A stretch of 39,272 nucleotides of DNA, from contig CAZGOX010000002.1 in the NCBI GenBank assembly GCA_964527955.1, positions 1 to 39,272 on the forward strand, written 5' to 3'. Under the pieces are notes generated by a model that was not told the DNA's origin, searched no databases, and was given only the letters and a program-made list of their open reading frames with translations. This stretch comes from an uncultured Opitutaceae bacterium (lineage in GTDB: Bacteria; Verrucomicrobiota; Verrucomicrobiia; Opitutales; Opitutaceae). Positions 27,466 to 35,762 of the stretch are shown piece after piece. Both the position numbers and the translations under genes were made by a program. Every line of letters begins with the position of its first letter. Position 1 is the stretch's first letter.

Positions 27466-28677
27466 ATGTCGCCCAAGGCCAATGCCGGGTTTTCCACCGT
27501 CGAGCTCGTCGTAGCCGTCATGCTCTTCAGCGCAGCCACGGCGGGGGTCCTCGTCATGGGGAAGGGCATGCGCGACCATCGGATGGCGGCGGTGTCCGCC
27601 AACCAGCAGAACGCATATGCCACCTTCCAGTCGCAGGTGGCCCTGCAGGGCATCGATCCGACGCTCGTGGCGAATCCCATGGCTGACGCGATCAGCCAGG
27701 GCGGGACCGTCACCGGGCAGGCGGCGACAGGGGGAAGGAACCTTTCGGCGGCGTTCGAAGGCGGCGCCGTCTCCCAGCCGGTCGGCGCCCAGCGCAACCT
27801 GGCCGGATCGGTCCGGGTGGACGCCCTGAACTACGCGGTGGCTTCCGCGGGCAGCCAGGCGACCCGGGGCGTCGGGATAGGATTCACGATCGAGACCGCC
27901 GGGGCGGCTCCGGCGGGCCCGGCCAACGCGATTCCCCTCGCGCCCCCCTCCTTCAACGTGACGGGCGACCTCACGGGAGCCGCCTTTCCCCTGAACAATC
28001 TCGCGGTGTTGCCGAGCGGAAATCCCGCGGGAACGGTCTACCGCTACACCACCGACGGCTCCACCCCCAACGGCTCGAGTCCGGTGTGGGACAACAACCC
28101 CGGCTGGACCGCGGCCACGTTTCCCGCGCAGGTGACGCTCGAGGCCTTCAATCCCGATCCCCAATACTCCCCCAGCCCGTCCGTGAGCGCATCGTATTCG
28201 ATCCAGCTCAGCGTGACCTATGCCCGCGCCGACGGCCGGGCGGCCAACCTCTACGACTTCACCCTGGCCGACCTGGGCGCGCCCGCGGTTTCCGGCGTCG
28301 TCCTGACGGGGAATCTCGACGGTTTTCCCGTCGTTTTCACACTCGATGGATCTGATCCGCGGACGTCCCCTTCGGCCGCGACCTACGACAGCGCCTTCGC
28401 CCCCCTTCAGGCGCAGTTCGGACCCAATGTCACGTTGAAGGTCGCCGCGCTGTCGAACGATCCCCGGGTGAATCCGTCCTCGGTCACGACCTACACCCTG
28501 GATCCCCAGGCGATGGCCCTTTCCGCCCCCTCCTTCATCACCGACAACAGCCAGCCCCTGGCGCCGGGCACCCCCGTCCAGATCAGCATGAACGGCGCCG
28601 GCGGGTCGCCCCGGACCGAAATCAACGGCCCGCCCACCAACTCGAGCAGCCAATCCACCTCCTTTCCCCTCAACTAG
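27466..28677 (+). CDS. Minor pilin-like protein (403 aa), cleavage G|FSTVE, with C-terminal Fn3-associated / chitobiase-C-like modules
   Basis: MSPKANAG|FSTVELVVAVMLF. C-terminal repeats VYRYTTDGSTPNGSSPVW and VVFTLDGSDPRTSPSAATYDSAF...TLKVAALSND match the 'xYYTxDGSxPxxSSxxY' signature of CHB_HEX_C_1-type domains. Confidence 0.75.
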   Translation: MSPKANAGFSTVELVVAVMLFSAATAGVLVMGKGMRDHRMAAVSANQQNAYATFQSQVALQGIDPTLVANPMADAISQGGTVTGQAATGGRNLSAAFEGGAVSQPVGAQRNLAGSVRVDALNYAVASAGSQATRGVGIGFTIETAGAAPAGPANAIPLAPPSFNVTGDLTGAAFPLNNLAVLPSGNPAGTVYRYTTDGSTPNGSSPVWDNNPGWTAATFPAQVTLEAFNPDPQYSPSPSVSASYSIQLSVTYARADGRAANLYDFTLADLGAPAVSGVVLTGNLDGFPVVFTLDGSDPRTSPSAATYDSAFAPLQAQFGPNVTLKVAALSNDPRVNPSSVTTYTLDPQAMALSAPSFITDNSQPLAPGTPVQISMNGAGGSPRTEINGPPTNSSSQSTSFPLN

Positions 28678-28725
28678 TTGCCCGGCGGCGCATAATCGCG
28701 CATTTTAGCGTGTTATACTCGACGG

Positions 28726-29769
28726 ATGGATTGGCCCCAATTCTTCGAGAATCACTGTGACCGCAAGGGGCTGAGCGACTTCTTCATCCGCGAAACCGGG
28801 GAAGTGTCCCTGATGATCGGCCGGCAGATAGAATTCATTGACGGGAAGATCACCGCCGACGACTTCGACAACCTGGTGAAGCTGATCTGGCGGGAGGGCG
28901 CGCCCGAACTGGGCCTGCGGGCCCATGAACCGGCGTTCTCCCTGGTCGGTCGCCGCTTCCGCGTCTCCTACTACCGCACGCTGGGCGGCCGGGAAATCAC
29001 CCTCCGCCTCCCGGCCATCATCATCCCCTCGCCCGAGGCCCTGCGGGTGCCCCCGGCCGTCGTGGCCAACTTCTGCCGGATCCGTGGCGGCCTGGTCCTC
29101 GTCTCCGGGCAGATGGGCTCCGGCAAGAGCACGACCGTCTCGTCCCTGTGGATGCACCTCGCGGCCACGCAGGCGCACCGCATCGTCGCCATCGAGGATC
29201 CCGTCGAGTTCGTGTATCCCACCCGCCACGGGCCCAGCCTCTTCACGATGCGCGAGTTGGACACCTCCTGCGAGGGCTATGAGCAGGCGCTGCTGGAGGT
29301 GCGGCGCCAGAACGCCACCGCCGTGAGCATCGGCGAGATCCGCGGCGCCGAATCCGCCGAAAAATGCCTCCGCTTTGCGCTCATCGGCCTGCTGGTGGTC
29401 GCCACGATCCACGGGGAGAACGTACCTTCCACCCTGGCCTCGTACGTCGCCGAGCTGCCCAAGGAGCGCGCCGCCTGGGCTCTGGCGAATCTCGCCTCCG
29501 CCTGCCGCATGGTGCTCGCCCAGCGGCTGATCCGGAATCCCGAGACCGGCTCCCTCGTCGCGGTGCACGAGACGATGTTCAACCTGAGCTACGAGGGCAA
29601 GCACCTCGGGATCGCCGCCAACATCCGCGAGGGCCATCTCGAGCGCCTGCGCCGGGACATCCAGGGACACCGGGCCGACGGGATGCAGACCTTCGAGGAT
29701 GGCATCAACCGCGCGGTCAACGAGGGGGCGCTGCCCGCCGAGTTCCGTCCGCCCCCGAACGCCCTATGA
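28726..29769 (+). CDS. PilT/PilU-family hexameric ATPase (retraction-type), divergent motifs
   Basis: LVLVSGQMGSGKSTT (Walker A), IVAIEDPVEFVY, Asp-box region VSIGEIRG, His-box LLVVATIHG, PilT-signature-like GIAANIREGH, and GMQTFEDGI. 347 aa with no N-terminal GspE-type domains. Confidence 0.85.
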   Translation: MDWPQFFENHCDRKGLSDFFIRETGEVSLMIGRQIEFIDGKITADDFDNLVKLIWREGAPELGLRAHEPAFSLVGRRFRVSYYRTLGGREITLRLPAIIIPSPEALRVPPAVVANFCRIRGGLVLVSGQMGSGKSTTVSSLWMHLAATQAHRIVAIEDPVEFVYPTRHGPSLFTMRELDTSCEGYEQALLEVRRQNATAVSIGEIRGAESAEKCLRFALIGLLVVATIHGENVPSTLASYVAELPKERAAWALANLASACRMVLAQRLIRNPETGSLVAVHETMFNLSYEGKHLGIAANIREGHLERLRRDIQGHRADGMQTFEDGINRAVNEGALPAEFRPPPNAL

Positions 29770-31226
29770 TCCAGCAGTGCCTCGACCTCGCCCTGGGCCG
29801 TGCTTTCAAGCCCGATCCCCTCGACACCGCCGTGCCGCTGGCCCGCCGGTTTGCGAAGCGTCCCCTGATTGCGATCACCGTCTACAAGGACGGGCTCGAG
29901 GTGGCCCTGGTCACCTTCGCCGGGGAGGTGCCCACGATCGGCCGGCCGGAATTCGGCCCGACGGGCGGCGAGGAGGTCGACGCCGCCTTCGTGCGCTCCT
30001 TTGCCGAGCGCCACAAGGCCCGCGAGTGCCTGGTCAACCTGACCACCGGCTACACCGCCGTCCTTTCGTCCCGCGCCCGCCGCCCGGACAATGACGAGGA
30101 GGCTCTCGTCCTGATGCGGGACAACCCCGAGCGGCTCCTCGGCGAGCCGCCCGCGCAGGGCTGCCGGCACTCGCTCGCCTTCCACCCCACGCACAATTTC
30201 GCGGTCGCCTTCGCCCACAAGGAGCACGACATCACCTCTGTCGTCTCCCTGGTCGCGAAGGCGGACCTCTCGATCGCGCGGCTGCAGTGCGGGATGACCA
30301 GCCTGCTCATCCACGTCCTCGGGCATTCCTGGGCCGAGGTCGGCCGGGAGGCCGAGCTCCTCTTCGTGGACCGGGCTTCCCTCTTCTACATGACCGTCTC
30401 CGAGGGTTCCTTCGGCCGGCCGCTGTTCGACATCGGCCTGAAGGAAGCCGCGCTCCGGCAGGCCGTCTCCGAGCGCATCGAGCGGCTCAAGCCGGAGGGC
30501 CGCGTGATCCTGATCAACAGCTCGGGCCTCGACATTGAGGCCATGCTCCTCGAGCGGCGCCAGACCCTCGACATTGTCCAGCCGATGAAGGGCCAGCCCT
30601 CCCCGGCGCTCGTCGCCTGCTGCAGCGACCGGCCGCGGCTGGGCTACGACCTTTTTCCCAGCGAGCGCCTGGTGCGGCCGTTCGCCCCGGGGCGCCTGTG
30701 GGTCGTGCCGGCCCTCCTCTGGACCACGGTCGCGGCGGCGGTGCTGATCGTCGGGACCAACACCTTCCGCTCCACCCAGGCCGACCGGCTGGCCGCGAGC
30801 TTCAAGACCCAGGCCCAGATGCTCGGCGACTCGGAAAAGCGGACCGAGGGCGTGATCCACGACGTCGAGTCCCGCGCCCAGGCCGCCGACGCCATGTGCA
30901 GCTGGCTGCTTATCAGCCCGCCGACGGAGGCCCTGCTGATCGACCTGTCGAAGGAGATCGAGGCCGCGACCAACCAGGGGTTGCAGGAGAGCAAGTCGGT
31001 GGCGCAGGTCGACAGCCTGTCGCTGACCCGCCAGGAGGGGCAGCCGCAGATGCGGCTGGTCATCGTCGTCCTCGGGGACGCCGCGTCCGCGAACCGCGTG
31101 TTCCAGCGCATTTCCGCGCTCTTCGGGCGGATGGGCTACAGCACCGTGGACCTGAAGGAGACGCTCGTGCCGCAGGGCTTCCGCTACGAGCACCTGCTCA
31201 ACATCCCCCGGCCCCTGGGAACATGA
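29766..31226 (+). CDS. PilM-PilN fusion-like (GspL-like) bitopic assembly protein
   Basis: Internal ATG at 29766 (ATGA overlap). ~310-aa cytoplasmic domain, PilN-like N-terminal peptide GYDLFPSER, one TM LWVVPALLWTTVAAAVLIVG, then ~155 periplasmic aa beginning with a coiled-coil-like stretch. Assignment rests on topology and position, not strong motifs. Confidence 0.55.
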   Translation: MIQQCLDLALGRAFKPDPLDTAVPLARRFAKRPLIAITVYKDGLEVALVTFAGEVPTIGRPEFGPTGGEEVDAAFVRSFAERHKARECLVNLTTGYTAVLSSRARRPDNDEEALVLMRDNPERLLGEPPAQGCRHSLAFHPTHNFAVAFAHKEHDITSVVSLVAKADLSIARLQCGMTSLLIHVLGHSWAEVGREAELLFVDRASLFYMTVSEGSFGRPLFDIGLKEAALRQAVSERIERLKPEGRVILINSSGLDIEAMLLERRQTLDIVQPMKGQPSPALVACCSDRPRLGYDLFPSERLVRPFAPGRLWVVPALLWTTVAAAVLIVGTNTFRSTQADRLAASFKTQAQMLGDSEKRTEGVIHDVESRAQAADAMCSWLLISPPTEALLIDLSKEIEAATNQGLQESKSVAQVDSLSLTRQEGQPQMRLVIVVLGDAASANRVFQRISALFGRMGYSTVDLKETLVPQGFRYEHLLNIPRPLGT

Positions 31227-31762
31227 AGCGCTTCACCCTCCCCGCCCTCGTCCTCCTCGCCGTCAGCGCGCTCCTGCTGCTGGCGATCCTCCGGAGTTTC
31301 GGGCGGGCCAGCCAGGCCGCGGGCAAGCTCGCCGCCGAGCAGCAGACGGTGGAGCTTTCCCGGCTCCGGCTGACCTCGGTCCTGCGGGCCGCGGCCACCG
31401 CGAAGAGCAAGAGCGCGGCGGCCGACAAGTTCCTGGAAACCTGGACCCAAGAGCTGGACGCCGAGTCCAACATCGAGCACGTCTTCGGCCGGCTCGACAC
31501 CCTCGCGGTGAACAACCTGCTGTCCCCTTCCGGCAAGAATTTCACGCTGAACAAGAACTACTTCTTCAACGGCCGCCACCTGCCCGTGCAGAACGTGAAC
31601 ATCACCGTGGCCGGCGACTACGCCCGCACGCTCAATTGGCTCGGCGCGGTGGAGTTCGCCTTCCCGCTGGCGCGGGTCGAGCAGATCTCCTACACGACCA
31701 ACGGGAACTCGCTCTCGCTCTCGGTCCAGTTCGTCTTTCCCCTCAAGTTCGAAGTGGAATGA
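31223..31762 (+). CDS. PilO/GspM-like bitopic protein
   Basis: Internal ATG at 31223 (ATGA overlap). MKRFTLPALVLLAVSALLLLAIL TM, a coiled-coil stretch, and a ~100-aa C-terminal domain. Called by topology and gene order only. Confidence 0.45.
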   Translation: MKRFTLPALVLLAVSALLLLAILRSFGRASQAAGKLAAEQQTVELSRLRLTSVLRAAATAKSKSAAADKFLETWTQELDAESNIEHVFGRLDTLAVNNLLSPSGKNFTLNKNYFFNGRHLPVQNVNITVAGDYARTLNWLGAVEFAFPLARVEQISYTTNGNSLSLSVQFVFPLKFEVE

Positions 31763-32256
31763 AAGCCGCCCCGCTCCTGCTCCTCGCCGTCCTGGCAGCG
31801 CCGCCCCCGGGCGCCGCCGCGCCCGCCCCGGCCAGCCCGGCCGCCCCCTCCCTCTTTGAGCGCGTCGGCAGCGACTACAAGAAGCCCCAGGAGGTGCCGG
31901 ACAGCTTTTTCAACCCGTTCAAGATCCAGGCGACGGGGGTGTCCGCCCCCAAGAAAGGGAGCGCTGCGATCACCAACGAATTGGTCAGCGACGCGGTGGG
32001 ACGCCGGGGCGTCTCGGGCGTCGTCTATGCGGCGCCGGCGGAGACGAGCCACGTCATCATCGGCGACCAGGTGTTCGGCATCGGCGACGAGCTCGTCTTC
32101 CCGGAGGCGGACGGCGCCGGCTCGGCCCCGCTCGTGCCCGGGGCCGCGGTGGTGCTGCGCGAAATCGGCGCCCACGACCTTGCCCTGGACCTCACGCCGG
32201 AGGGCGAGGCGACCCGCCGGGTCAATTTTCCGCTGCACGCCTTCTGGCGGCCCTAG
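31759..32256 (+). CDS. Secreted PilP/GspC-HR-like small protein
   Basis: Internal ATG at 31759 (ATGA overlap). Signal peptide MKAAPLLLLAVLAAPPPGAAA, no lipobox Cys. C-terminal VIIGDQVFGIGDELVFPE...AVVLREIGAHDLALDL resembles the PilP/GspC beta-domain pattern. Weak. Confidence 0.4.
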   Translation: MKAAPLLLLAVLAAPPPGAAAPAPASPAAPSLFERVGSDYKKPQEVPDSFFNPFKIQATGVSAPKKGSAAITNELVSDAVGRRGVSGVVYAAPAETSHVIIGDQVFGIGDELVFPEADGAGSAPLVPGAAVVLREIGAHDLALDLTPEGEATRRVNFPLHAFWRP

Positions 32257-32269
32257 CCCCATCCGGACC

Positions 32270-34426
32270 ATGGCCCTGATCTCCCCCTCGGCGCTGCCCC
32301 TTCCCTCCCCCGTGGCGGACCTCGATCCGCCGCCCGCGGACGAGCGTCTGGACTTGGAGCGGCTCTTTGACACCTATGCGATCATTCCCCTGCCGCTGGG
32401 ACTGAGGCGGGTGCCGCTCGACCTGCTGCGCGCCTACCAGAATTGGTGCGATCTGCTGGGGAACTCGCCCGACCTGGACCGCGAGCCCTGGCTGCCCGTG
32501 GGCTCGATCGGCCCGCTGCTGATCCTGGGGCACTATCAGCCGCCGCGGCAGCAGCCGGCGCTCCTGCCGCCCTGGATGTCCGGCCGGGCGCTCGTCCAGG
32601 AGGAGACCTACCGCAAGATAGCCGGCGACCTGCGCGTCAGCGCCGTCCAGAATTTTCGCCACACCTACGAGGCTCCCGCGCAGCGCCGGCTGCCCGACTC
32701 GGCCCCGACCGTCGCCGACGACCGCTCCGCCCTCCAGTTCGTGCTCGACCACTTCATCCTCGAGCCGACGACGCGGGCGCTCGCCCGGGCGGCGCAGGAA
32801 AAGGGCACCCCGGCCTCCGAGCTGGGGCTCGGCCTCCGGGAGACCGTGATGTTCCTGCGCCGGCGCACCCCGGTCGTGGACGTGCGTTTCCTGGACGTGC
32901 CCAAGGAGCTGCTCCAGCTGGCGCCGCGGACCACCCGCGACTACCACGGCTTCTGCTTCAAGCGGACGCCGGACGCCTTCTTCGTGGCTTTTCACGAGGC
33001 GCCGCCCCATCCGGCCTGCGACGAGTTCACCGCGATGTTCCGCGCGGAGGTGGAGGACGAGCACCGCCGGCCGATTCATTTCGCCCTGACCGACCTCGAC
33101 CAGCTGCGGCAGATGCGGCAGCAGTCGAGCGACGCCGAGGTCCGGGTCACCGCCCCGCCGGCCGAGAGCGGCAGCACGTTTGTCCGGGCGGTCGAGTGCA
33201 AGCTGACCACCGACGCCATCCGCCGGATCGACCCCGACCGGCTGGGCACGACGGACGAGCAGCTCGTGCACTGGGCCCTCGGCCAGGCCATCATGGCCAA
33301 CGCCCAGGACCTCCACGTCATGTTCGAGCGCAGTTCCGGGATCTTTCGCATCAGCAAGGACGGCGTCCTCCAGACCCTCTACAGCTTCAGCGAGCAGCGC
33401 TGGGGAAGCGTGGTGGGGGTGCTCCGCGACATGAGCAAGATCTCGGGGCCGTTTTTCCAGGCCGTCAGCGCCCGCTTCAGCATCCTCTATGACGGCTCGG
33501 CGGTCGACTTCCGCGTCGAGTCCACCCCCTTCCGCGACTTCGACCTGCCGCCGAACATGAGCCTCCGCCTCCGGCGGATGGACAGCCGCATCCGGACGCT
33601 CGGCGACCTCCAGATGGAGGAAAGCGACCTGAAGCAGATGCGGCGGCTGATCTCGCGCCCGGACGGCATGTTCCTCTTCACCGGGCCCACCTGCCACGGG
33701 AAATCGACCACGATTTACGCCGCGCTGAACGAATTGAACCGGCCCGAGATCAAGATCATGACGGCCGAGGACCCGATCGAGCAGTTGATCGAGGGCGCCC
33801 ACCAGGCCCAGGTGGACAATGTGAAGGGGCTCACCTTCGCGGCCCTCCTGCGCTCCTTCCTCCGCTCGGCCCCGAACATCATCCTCGTCGGCGAGATCCG
33901 CGATCCTGAGACGGCCGAGATGGCCGTGGGCGCCGCGCACACCGGGCACCTCGTCTTCAGCACCCTGCACGTGCGCAGCGCGGCGGCCGTGCCCACCCGC
34001 CTCGCCGATCTGAAGATCCCGCCCGGCATGGTGGCCGACACCCTCATCGCCTCGCAGTCCCAGCGCCTGATCCGGGTCCTCTGCCCCCTGTGCAAGGTGG
34101 CGGCCGGCGTCGGCCTGGCCGACGCCCGGATGTTCGAGGAGGCGGGGCTGGAGCCCCCGCGGACGGTCTATGCCCCCGGCAGCGACGGCCGGTGCGCGCG
34201 CTGCCAGGGCCGGGGCTACAGTGGCCTGACCGCCGTGATGGAACTCCTGGAGCCGGATGACGAGGGCTTCGACCTGATCCGGCAGTCGGCGGGCATGCGC
34301 GCCATCTCCGCGGCCGCCGAGAAGAAGGGCTTCAAGCCCCTGCGGGTCCAGGCGCTGCGCCGCGTGGCCGAGGGCCAGACCTCCCTGGAGGAGGCCAAGC
34401 GCAAGGTGATCTTCACGATCGGCTAG
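32270..34426 (+). CDS. GspE/PilB-family assembly ATPase with long N-terminal region (718 aa)
   Basis: Internal ATG at 32270. Walker A FTGPTCHGKSTT at about aa 472, TAEDPIEQ, Asp box ILVGEIRDPETA, His box GHLVFSTLH, and tetracysteine CPLC...CARC. N-terminal WLPVGSIGPLLILGHYQP resembles T2SSE_N. Confidence 0.9.
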   Translation: MALISPSALPLPSPVADLDPPPADERLDLERLFDTYAIIPLPLGLRRVPLDLLRAYQNWCDLLGNSPDLDREPWLPVGSIGPLLILGHYQPPRQQPALLPPWMSGRALVQEETYRKIAGDLRVSAVQNFRHTYEAPAQRRLPDSAPTVADDRSALQFVLDHFILEPTTRALARAAQEKGTPASELGLGLRETVMFLRRRTPVVDVRFLDVPKELLQLAPRTTRDYHGFCFKRTPDAFFVAFHEAPPHPACDEFTAMFRAEVEDEHRRPIHFALTDLDQLRQMRQQSSDAEVRVTAPPAESGSTFVRAVECKLTTDAIRRIDPDRLGTTDEQLVHWALGQAIMANAQDLHVMFERSSGIFRISKDGVLQTLYSFSEQRWGSVVGVLRDMSKISGPFFQAVSARFSILYDGSAVDFRVESTPFRDFDLPPNMSLRLRRMDSRIRTLGDLQMEESDLKQMRRLISRPDGMFLFTGPTCHGKSTTIYAALNELNRPEIKIMTAEDPIEQLIEGAHQAQVDNVKGLTFAALLRSFLRSAPNIILVGEIRDPETAEMAVGAAHTGHLVFSTLHVRSAAAVPTRLADLKIPPGMVADTLIASQSQRLIRVLCPLCKVAAGVGLADARMFEEAGLEPPRTVYAPGSDGRCARCQGRGYSGLTAVMELLEPDDEGFDLIRQSAGMRAISAAAEKKGFKPLRVQALRRVAEGQTSLEEAKRKVIFTIG

Positions 34427-34435
34427 GACGCCCCC

Positions 34436-35719
34436 ATGGCCGCCGTCGCCCAACCCTGGATCTTCCGGGTCTTCACGATCCGCTACCGCGGGCGCAAGCG
34501 CGAGGTGGACGTCTACTCGCCCGCCTCGGCGTCCGCCGCCCGCTTCGCCGCGGGCAAGGCCGACGACGAGGAGCTGTCCGAGAAGCGCCTCGAGGCCTTC
34601 GACCGGAGCTTCCGGACCTTCTGGACCAGGAAGACGGCCAAGGTCAGCGAGCTGGAGAAATTCTACAGCGGCATGGCCGAAGCCCTGCACATGGGGGCGG
34701 ACTTCCGCTCCGCCCTCGATCTCGTGGCCCCGAGCGCGGAAACCGCCTATTTCCGGGGGGTGATCGCGGCCGTCTACGAGCGCAAGGCCTCCTCGGCCAG
34801 CATCGCGGCGCTGATGCGGGATTTTCCCGGGGCCTTCAGCAACGTCGCCGTGGCGATGGTCGCCCAGGGCGAGACCTCCGGCAAGCTCGAGGTGGTCTTC
34901 GACAAGCTGGCGACGATGACGAAGAACCGGATGATGATCATGGGGGAGATCAAGTCCGGCCTGTATTATCCCGGTTTCATCGGCTGCATGCTCCTGGTTG
35001 CGATCATCGTCGTGAATTTCATCGTCCTGCCGATGATCACGGCGAACTTTAAGCTTTTTCACACCGAGCTGCCGCCCGTGACCCAGATGCTGTTCGACGG
35101 GCTGGGCTTCATGTCCGCGCATCCGCAGGTGGCCTTCATGCCGCCCATCATCGTGTTCGTGGCGGTGCTGCGCTGGCGGTGGATCTGCCGGCAGCCGTTC
35201 ACGCAGAAGGTGATGGTGCGGCTGCCCACGATCGGCGTGCTCTTCCAGAAGGAGATCCTCTCGCGCAGCCTGCGGACGCTGGCCATGCTCTACCAGACCG
35301 GGGTCTACCAGCGCGACGCCTTCGCGATCACGGCCAGCGTGGCCGACCACGTCGAGTATTCCGCCTACTTCCGGTCGATCAGCGAGCACCTCTCGAAATC
35401 GGCCAGCCTGTACCAGGCGTTCCTGCGGGAACGCCACCGCATCGGCAGGATCGGGAAGGCCGTGGCCGACCAGATGAAAGTCGCCTCGTCGTCGGCCGAT
35501 CCGTCGCTCATCCTGAGCCGCATCGCCTCCCTGTTCGAGGAGCAGGCCATGCGGGATGCCCGAAACCTGCCCAAGCTCATCGAGCCCATCCTCATCTTGA
35601 TTATTCTCGTTTTTGTGGGTTTCCTCGCCGCCGCCATCTATCTGCCCAACCTCTATCTGATGTCCCATGTCGTCCAGCATCCCAGCTTGATGAATACCAA
35701 TCAGATACCGCCCCATTAA
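34436..35719 (+). CDS. GspF/PilC-family inner-membrane platform protein
   Basis: N-terminal F.IRYRGRKREVDVYSPASASAARFAAGK pattern, two T2SSF-like halves (MVAQGETSGKLEVVFDKLA... and ...ADQMKVASSSADPSLILSRIASLFEEQ), three hydrophobic blocks, 427 aa. Confidence 0.85.
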   Translation: MAAVAQPWIFRVFTIRYRGRKREVDVYSPASASAARFAAGKADDEELSEKRLEAFDRSFRTFWTRKTAKVSELEKFYSGMAEALHMGADFRSALDLVAPSAETAYFRGVIAAVYERKASSASIAALMRDFPGAFSNVAVAMVAQGETSGKLEVVFDKLATMTKNRMMIMGEIKSGLYYPGFIGCMLLVAIIVVNFIVLPMITANFKLFHTELPPVTQMLFDGLGFMSAHPQVAFMPPIIVFVAVLRWRWICRQPFTQKVMVRLPTIGVLFQKEILSRSLRTLAMLYQTGVYQRDAFAITASVADHVEYSAYFRSISEHLSKSASLYQAFLRERHRIGRIGKAVADQMKVASSSADPSLILSRIASLFEEQAMRDARNLPKLIEPILILIILVFVGFLAAAIYLPNLYLMSHVVQHPSLMNTNQIPPH

Positions 35720-35762
35720 TCGGTGCCGGGAAAGTCCCCCGGCGTGCTACACTAGGGGTGGC

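Noticed and set aside
25262-31193. Long minus-strand ORFs (25262..26110, 26107..26850, 26992..28653, 28705..29670, 29589..31193)
   Set aside because: They are shadows of the pilin, PilT-like and PilMN-like genes, with the same compositional signature and no motifs.
32222-35716. 1164-aa minus-strand ORF, the longest in the track
   Set aside because: It is a shadow of pilB + pilC. The plus strand carries Walker A, Asp and His boxes and T2SSF patterns, while the minus product is low-complexity G/R/A/D/E/L/V.
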